Assembly: GCA_045645605.1 (NCBI GenBank)
Contig: JAZRJC010000043.1
Coordinates: forward strand, 1-45,992
Source of the DNA: Eubacteriales bacterium
Lineage (GTDB): Bacteria > Bacillota > Clostridia > Oscillospirales > CAG-272
Direction of reading: 5' to 3'
DNA length: 45,992 bases
Shown: piece after piece, positions 41,600 through 45,992 of the stretch
Layout: each line of letters begins with the position of its first letter
Position numbering within the stretch: the stretch's first letter is position 1
Notes under the pieces: model-generated
The model's input: only the letters and a program-made list of their open reading frames with translations
The model's database searches: none
Told to the model about the DNA's origin: nothing
Program-made: the position numbers and the translations under genes

Positions 41600-43434
41600 C
41601 TTCTCTCACCTCCCAATTTGTTTGCACCGCATCCGGAGCATTTCTCTCGGCAATTAGGCGTTGCCTTGCCCTCGTACGCATTGTTTCTTTCTCTTATCAA
41701 AAATTCCTTCGTAACTCCGCAGTCGATGATGTCCCAGGGAAGCACCTCGTCCACTTCACGGCGACGATTTGCATAGAACGCAGGATCAAGTCCCGCCTTT
41801 TCTATGACGGAGATCCACCTTTCGTAATCAAAATATTCGTCCCAAGCGTCAAAATGGAAGCCCTCGGATAAGGCTATCTCAAGTGCCTTACCAAGTCTGC
41901 GGTCGCCTCGTGCCAGAACTGCCTCGATATGCGACGTTCTCGGGTTGTGATGCGTATATCTGACCTTTCTGTCGGTCACGCACTGATAGAGATATTCGTT
42001 CTTTTCCTCAAGCTCGGCAACAGTGTCCTGTGCCTCCCACTGAAAAGGAGTAAAGGGCTTTGGAACAAAGCAGGCAACGCTGATCGTAACCTGCGGAGAT
42101 TTTCCCTTCGGACGACGCGGATTTATATAGAACTGATGAACAACGTCTGTCGCCAGCTTTGAGATACCCTCAAGGTCGTCGCTCGTCTCTGTCGGAAGTC
42201 CGTTCATAAAATAAAGCTTGACCTGTGTTTTTCCCGCCTCGTACGCAACGTTGACGGCACGGAAAATATCCTCCTCATAAACATTCTTATTGATAACGTC
42301 ACGAAGTCTTTGCGTTCCCGCCTCGGGAGCAAAGGTGAGCGAGCTTGAACGAACTGTTGCGATTTTATCCATAAGCTCACGCGTAAAGCTGTCTGCTCGG
42401 AGTGAGGGGAGCGACAAATTCACCTTTTTCTCATTAGTCCAGGCAAGAAGCTTGTCTGTAAGCTCATCAACGTGTGTGTAGTCGCTGATTGAGAGCGAGG
42501 AAAGAGAAATTTCGTCATATCCCGTGCTTTCGTAAAGGCATTTTGCCTGACGGCAAAGCACGTTCGGTGTTTTTTCTCGCACGGGGCGGTACACCATTCC
42601 CGCCTGACAGAAGCGACAGCCTCTGATACAGCCGCGGTAAACCTCAAGCATAATTCTGTCCTGCACCGTTTCAATATACGGCATAACTACGCTCTCGGGA
42701 TAGAAGGACTTATCAAGATCCTTCATTATTCGCTTTGTGATCCTTGTCGGAATATCGTCGTATTTTGGAGTATATGCCTTTATCGTTCCGTCCTCGTTGT
42801 AGCTTACCTCATAGAATGATGGAACGTAAAGACCCGAAATCGTACGCGCCGCCTCGTGCAAAAAGCCCTCTCGCGTGTAGCTTCCGTCCTCCTTCATTTT
42901 TATGTAGAGCCTTGTAAATTCGGGAAGCATATCCTCGCCTTCACCTATCGAGAAGCAATCGAAAAAGTCCGCAATAGGCTCGGGGTTATAGCTGCACGGC
43001 CCTCCTCCGATGATGATCGGCATATCGTCATCTCTGTCCCTTGCGTAAAGCGGAAGCTTTGCAAGAGAGAGCATCTGAAGAACGTTCGTATAACACATTT
43101 CATATTGGAGTGTGAAGCCGATAATGTCAAATTCATTTATAGGATCGCCCGATTCAACGGCACAAAGCGGAATATCGTATTCCTTCATTTTTTCTTCCAT
43201 ATCCGGCCAGGGAGCGTACACTCTCTCGCACCAGACGTCTTCCTCCCGGTTAAGCACTCCGTAGAGGATTCTCACACCGAGATTCGACATTCCAATTTCA
43301 TAGGAATCGGGGAAGCAAAACGCCCATCTCGCCTTCACGGCAGTCTTGTCCTTTATCACCTGACCGTACTCGCCACCCGAATAGCGTCCCGGCTTTTGTA
43401 CGTGAGGAAGCACCCTTTTTAGCTTTTCGTTCAT
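41581..43434 (-). CDS. B12-binding-domain radical SAM protein (TIGR03960-like), 617 aa
   Basis: The N-terminus is LPHVQKPGRYSGGEYG. The radical SAM cluster motif is CIRGCRFC in EVYRGCIRGCRFCQAG. A C-terminal Cys-rich tail reads NCREKCSGCGA...CC. Confidence 0.8.
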   Translation of the reverse strand: MNEKLKRVLPHVQKPGRYSGGEYGQVIKDKTAVKARWAFCFPDSYEIGMSNLGVRILYGVLNREEDVWCERVYAPWPDMEEKMKEYDIPLCAVESGDPINEFDIIGFTLQYEMCYTNVLQMLSLAKLPLYARDRDDDMPIIIGGGPCSYNPEPIADFFDCFSIGEGEDMLPEFTRLYIKMKEDGSYTREGFLHEAARTISGLYVPSFYEVSYNEDGTIKAYTPKYDDIPTRITKRIMKDLDKSFYPESVVMPYIETVQDRIMLEVYRGCIRGCRFCQAGMVYRPVREKTPNVLCRQAKCLYESTGYDEISLSSLSISDYTHVDELTDKLLAWTNEKKVNLSLPSLRADSFTRELMDKIATVRSSSLTFAPEAGTQRLRDVINKNVYEEDIFRAVNVAYEAGKTQVKLYFMNGLPTETSDDLEGISKLATDVVHQFYINPRRPKGKSPQVTISVACFVPKPFTPFQWEAQDTVAELEEKNEYLYQCVTDRKVRYTHHNPRTSHIEAVLARGDRRLGKALEIALSEGFHFDAWDEYFDYERWISVIEKAGLDPAFYANRRREVDEVLPWDIIDCGVTKEFLIRERNNAYEGKATPNCREKCSGCGANKLGGERSCCPTK

Positions 43435-43579
43435 TTATATTTTCCTTTCAAAAGCACTTTATTTATCTTATATATGATACCATATTACGCACTTTTTCGC
43501 AAGGGGTTTCGGAAAGTATTTTCCTAAAAAACTTCGGACCGTCAGCAAAAAAGCCAACAGCCCGAAATATAATATTTTC

Positions 43580-44608
43580 TTAAATGGAATCCGCAATATC
43601 GAGAATGAGTCGTTCGGTCTTTTCCCAGCCGAGACAGGGGTCTGTTATCGACTTGCCGTAGATATTTTCTTCCGGCTTCTGTGCGCCGTCCTCAATATAG
43701 CTTTCGATCATAAGGCCCTTAACTATCTTGCGAATATCGGCATTCTGATGACAGGAATGAACGATATCCTTTGCAATTCTTACCTGCTCAAGATAATTTT
43801 TGCCCGAATTTGCGTGGTTTGTATCCACGATTACGGCAGGATTCTTGAGATCGGTTGCCTCGTAGAGAGATATGAGCTTTGTGAGATCCTCATAGTGATA
43901 GTTCGGAAGTGAGCGTCCGCTTGAATCGACGTATCCGCGAAGAATCGCGTGTGTCAGCGGGTTGCCCTCGCTCATTACCTCCCAGCCGCGATAAATAAAG
44001 GTGTGCGAATGCTGTCCTGCCGTTATCGCGTTCATCATAATCGAGAGGTCGCCGCCTGTTGGGTTTTTCATGCCGACGGGAATATCAAGTCCGCTTGCTG
44101 TCAGGCGGTGCTGCTGATTTTCAACGCTTCGCGCTCCTACTGCAACGTATGAGAGAAGGTCGGAAAGATATCTGTAGTTATCAGGATAGAGCATCTCGTC
44201 AGCACAAGAGAATCCGCAGTCGCGAAGTGCCGTCATGTGAATGTCTCTGATAGCAAGAATACCCTTTAACATATCGGGGTTCTCGTGCGGGTCGGGCTGA
44301 TGAAGCATTCCCTTATAGCCATCGCCCGTTGTTCTCGGCTTGTTTGTGTAAATTCGGGGAATGATGTAAACCTTGTCCTTAACCTCGTCCTGAACTCTGC
44401 GAAGTCTTGATATATAGTCAATTACAGGCTCTTTGCTGTCTGCCGAGCATGGGCCGATTACTAAAATGAATCGGTCATCCTCTCCTGTGAAGATTTTCTT
44501 GATCTCCTCGTCGCGCGTCGCCTTTATCTCGGCAAGCTCGGGAGTTACGGGGTACTCCGCCTTCACGTCGATCGGGAAAGGGAGCTTTCTTACGAAATTC
44601 ATGTTCAT
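43580..44608 (-). CDS. 3-deoxy-7-phosphoheptulonate (DAHP) synthase, class I, 342 aa
   Basis: The sequence contains FILVIGPCSADS, RIYTNKPRTTGDGYKG, VGMKNPTGG and VDTNHANS, which are typical type-I alpha motifs. The start could be the third-codon ATG. Confidence 0.85.
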   Translation of the reverse strand: MNMNFVRKLPFPIDVKAEYPVTPELAEIKATRDEEIKKIFTGEDDRFILVIGPCSADSKEPVIDYISRLRRVQDEVKDKVYIIPRIYTNKPRTTGDGYKGMLHQPDPHENPDMLKGILAIRDIHMTALRDCGFSCADEMLYPDNYRYLSDLLSYVAVGARSVENQQHRLTASGLDIPVGMKNPTGGDLSIMMNAITAGQHSHTFIYRGWEVMSEGNPLTHAILRGYVDSSGRSLPNYHYEDLTKLISLYEATDLKNPAVIVDTNHANSGKNYLEQVRIAKDIVHSCHQNADIRKIVKGLMIESYIEDGAQKPEENIYGKSITDPCLGWEKTERLILDIADSI

Positions 44609-44747
44609 TTGTAATACACTTTCTTTTTGTTTTTGTTTTTATTTTTTATGGGAGTCGTTGGGATGATTTCTCAAAAACAGCCATTTACATTCTAATATAT
44701 TCTTTCTATTTCCTTTTTGTTTTTCAACTTCAAAAATCCCCTACTGT

Positions 44748-44818
44748 AAAAGTTTTCGTCCACCTTTTCCAAAAGGTGGCGAGGGGTTTGGGGGCGAGGA
44801 GCCCCCGAAAAAGAGGAG
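44748..44818 (+). repeat. Intergenic structured repeat, copy B (antisense to the flanking aro genes)
   Basis: The plus strand reads aaaagttttcgt-CCACCTTTTccAAAAGGTGG-CGAGGGGTTTGGGGGCGAGGAGCCCCCGAAAAAGAGGAG. The 41-nt core at 44778-44818 matches the reverse complement of 19868-19908 at 39 of 41 positions. Hairpin 2 is GGGGGC-gagga-GCCCCC. Confidence 0.7.
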
Positions 44819-44831
44819 CCCCCCGAGTCCC

Positions 44832-45992
44832 TTACACAAAAGAAACTTTTGCTCCGATATTTATAAGCTTGTCCCAGAAATCGGGCATACTTTTTTTTAC
44901 TGCTGCGGCGTCGTCGATTTTGCCGCCGTATTTCGTTGCGAGAACTGCAAGTGACATAACAACTCTATGGTCATTATGACCGCAAAGGAGCTCGGCCGGA
45001 GAATGTAGCTCTGCCTTATCGACAATCACTCTGTTTTCTTCAACCGTCACCGACGCACCGAGCTTCAGAAGCTCCTCCCTCATAGCCTCGGCTCTGTCAC
45101 TTTCCTTTATTTTCAAGCGTTTCGTATCTGTAAAGATCGCACCGTTCTTTTCCGCCGCCAATGCAAAAAGTATAGGCCCTAAGTCAGGGCAATCGGCAAG
45201 AGAAAGGGTCGGTGTGCCGTCGTTTATCGCTCTGAAATACTCTCTATAAATCTTATCTCCCTGATGGGACGTATCAAGCAGTCCGCTGACGCTAACGTTC
45301 CCGCCGATATAATTAAGAGCCTCAAAAAATGCGGCGTTTGAATAGTCGCCCTCGATCGAATAGCTCTTTTTTACCTCGCCTCGCTTACCCGACAGAAAAA
45401 TCGTATTCTCATCAACGAATCGTGCCCCAAAGCCGAAGTCACGGGCGGCCGAGAGTGTCAAATCAATATAAGAAAGACTCTCGGGCTTGCCGACAAGCCT
45501 TATTTTACTGTCCTTCCCGAGATTCAGAAGGGCAAAAATCATCCCCGTCACGAACTGACTGCTAACGCTGATATCCGCTTCGTATTCTCCTGCCTCAAGC
45601 CTTCCCGAAACGGTTACGGAATTTCCTGCCTGACAAAAATCAAAGCCCTTCGTCTCGCAAAGACCTTCGTAATATTCAAGCGGACGCGACATAAGCCGCT
45701 CGCTTCCGACAAGGGTCGCCTCGCCTCCGACAGAGAGGCAAAGCGGTAGCATAAACCGAAGCGTGCTGCCGCTTTCACGGCATTTTAATGTTTCGGTCGG
45801 TGTGCCGATCCTGCCCGACACCTTTGCCCTGCCATCCCGAAAATCTATCTTCACACCAAGTGCCGAGAGGCAGTCTATCGTTGCCGAAATATCTTCAGAC
45901 AGGTAAAGTCCGTCAATTTCGATTTCTTCCTCTCGGAGTGCCGAGAAAATCAAATATCTGTGCGCCATACTCTTTGAGGGCGGAGCTTTTAT
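44832..45992 (-). CDS. aroA: 3-phosphoshikimate 1-carboxyvinyltransferase (EPSP synthase), 5'-truncated by the window edge
   Basis: The reading frame stays open to the window end and reads IKAPPSKSMAHRYLIFSAL, the P-x-SKS-x-x-HR motif near the true N-terminus. DHRVVMSLAV lies near the C-terminus. About 30-40 N-terminal codons are missing. Confidence 0.88.
   Translation of the reverse strand: MKAPPSKSMAHRYLIFSALREEEIEIDGLYLSEDISATIDCLSALGVKIDFRDGRAKVSGRIGTPTETLKCRESGSTLRFMLPLCLSVGGEATLVGSERLMSRPLEYYEGLCETKGFDFCQAGNSVTVSGRLEAGEYEADISVSSQFVTGMIFALLNLGKDSKIRLVGKPESLSYIDLTLSAARDFGFGARFVDENTIFLSGKRGEVKKSYSIEGDYSNAAFFEALNYIGGNVSVSGLLDTSHQGDKIYREYFRAINDGTPTLSLADCPDLGPILFALAAEKNGAIFTDTKRLKIKESDRAEAMREELLKLGASVTVEENRVIVDKAELHSPAELLCGHNDHRVVMSLAVLATKYGGKIDDAAAVKKSMPDFWDKLINIGAKVSFV

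Noticed and set aside
44776-44979. A 67-aa ORF (MARGLGARSPRKRGAP...) sharing the peptide ARSPRKRG with the N-terminal extension of ORF 19314..19898.
   Set aside because: The shared peptide is simply the translation of the intergenic repeat core. The ORF runs antisense into aroA. The DJ-1 gene has a proper SD and ATG at 19862, downstream of the repeat.
1-45992. A scan for mobile elements, prophage genes, toxin-antitoxin pairs, restriction-modification systems, CRISPR-Cas or other defence islands.
   Set aside because: No transposase, integrase, recombinase, nuclease/helicase pairs, methyltransferases or spacer-repeat arrays are apparent in any frame. Gene content and signals are those of a core chromosomal region.

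Overview
This is a 45.99-kb chromosomal window that looks like a Clostridia-type Firmicute. That assignment is my inference from gene content (IorAB, an HgdC-type activase, a Na+-decarboxylase beta subunit, lipobox proteins), AGGAGG-type Shine-Dalgarno (SD) sites, TTG/GTG starts and AT-rich intergenic DNA. The window opens with the 3' part of a tRNA-Thr(UGU) and a complete type-II tRNA-Tyr(GUA). Thirty-nine protein genes follow, most of them core metabolism and housekeeping. I see no rRNA, CRISPR array, transposase, integrase, phage gene or recognisable defence gene, so this reads as core genome rather than an accessory island. Gene content by function:
- Central metabolism and amino-acid synthesis: serA-serC, tpiA-pgk, glyA, 5-formyl-THF cyclo-ligase, a DAHP synthase, and a 5'-truncated aroA at the right edge.
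- Translation and envelope: hisS, efp, secG, mltG, an RluA-family pseudouridine synthase, DJ-1/PfpI and a CPBP protease.
- A plus-strand block of lipoprotein, AraC, GNAT, radical-SAM/SPASM, U32, PHP and Gfo/Idh/MocA genes.
- A four-gene operon: acyl-CoA ligase, Na+/solute symporter, iorA, iorB.
- A two-gene HgdC-type double-ATPase activase plus dehydratase-like partner.
- oadB-like and oadG-like genes with no carboxyltransferase nearby.
- MBOAT, CDF and YegP genes, and the TIGR03960/TIGR03936 radical-SAM pair.
Items worth a second look:
1. A 151-aa efp-adjacent protein carrying 16 uninterrupted Cys-Gly/Cys-Asp dipeptides, encoded by nested tandem DNA duplications.
2. The orphan activase plus dehydratase-like pair.
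3. The ligase-symporter-IorAB operon, a candidate organic-acid-to-amino-acid assimilation route.
4. A roughly 70-nt structured intergenic repeat present twice, in opposite orientation relative to its flanking genes.
5. The translationally coupled GNAT/radical-SAM pair next to a U32 gene.
6. A tRNA-Tyr whose T-loop reads TCCGAAT, meaning C at the normally invariant U55.
All family assignments come from reading motifs in the translations. No database search was run.
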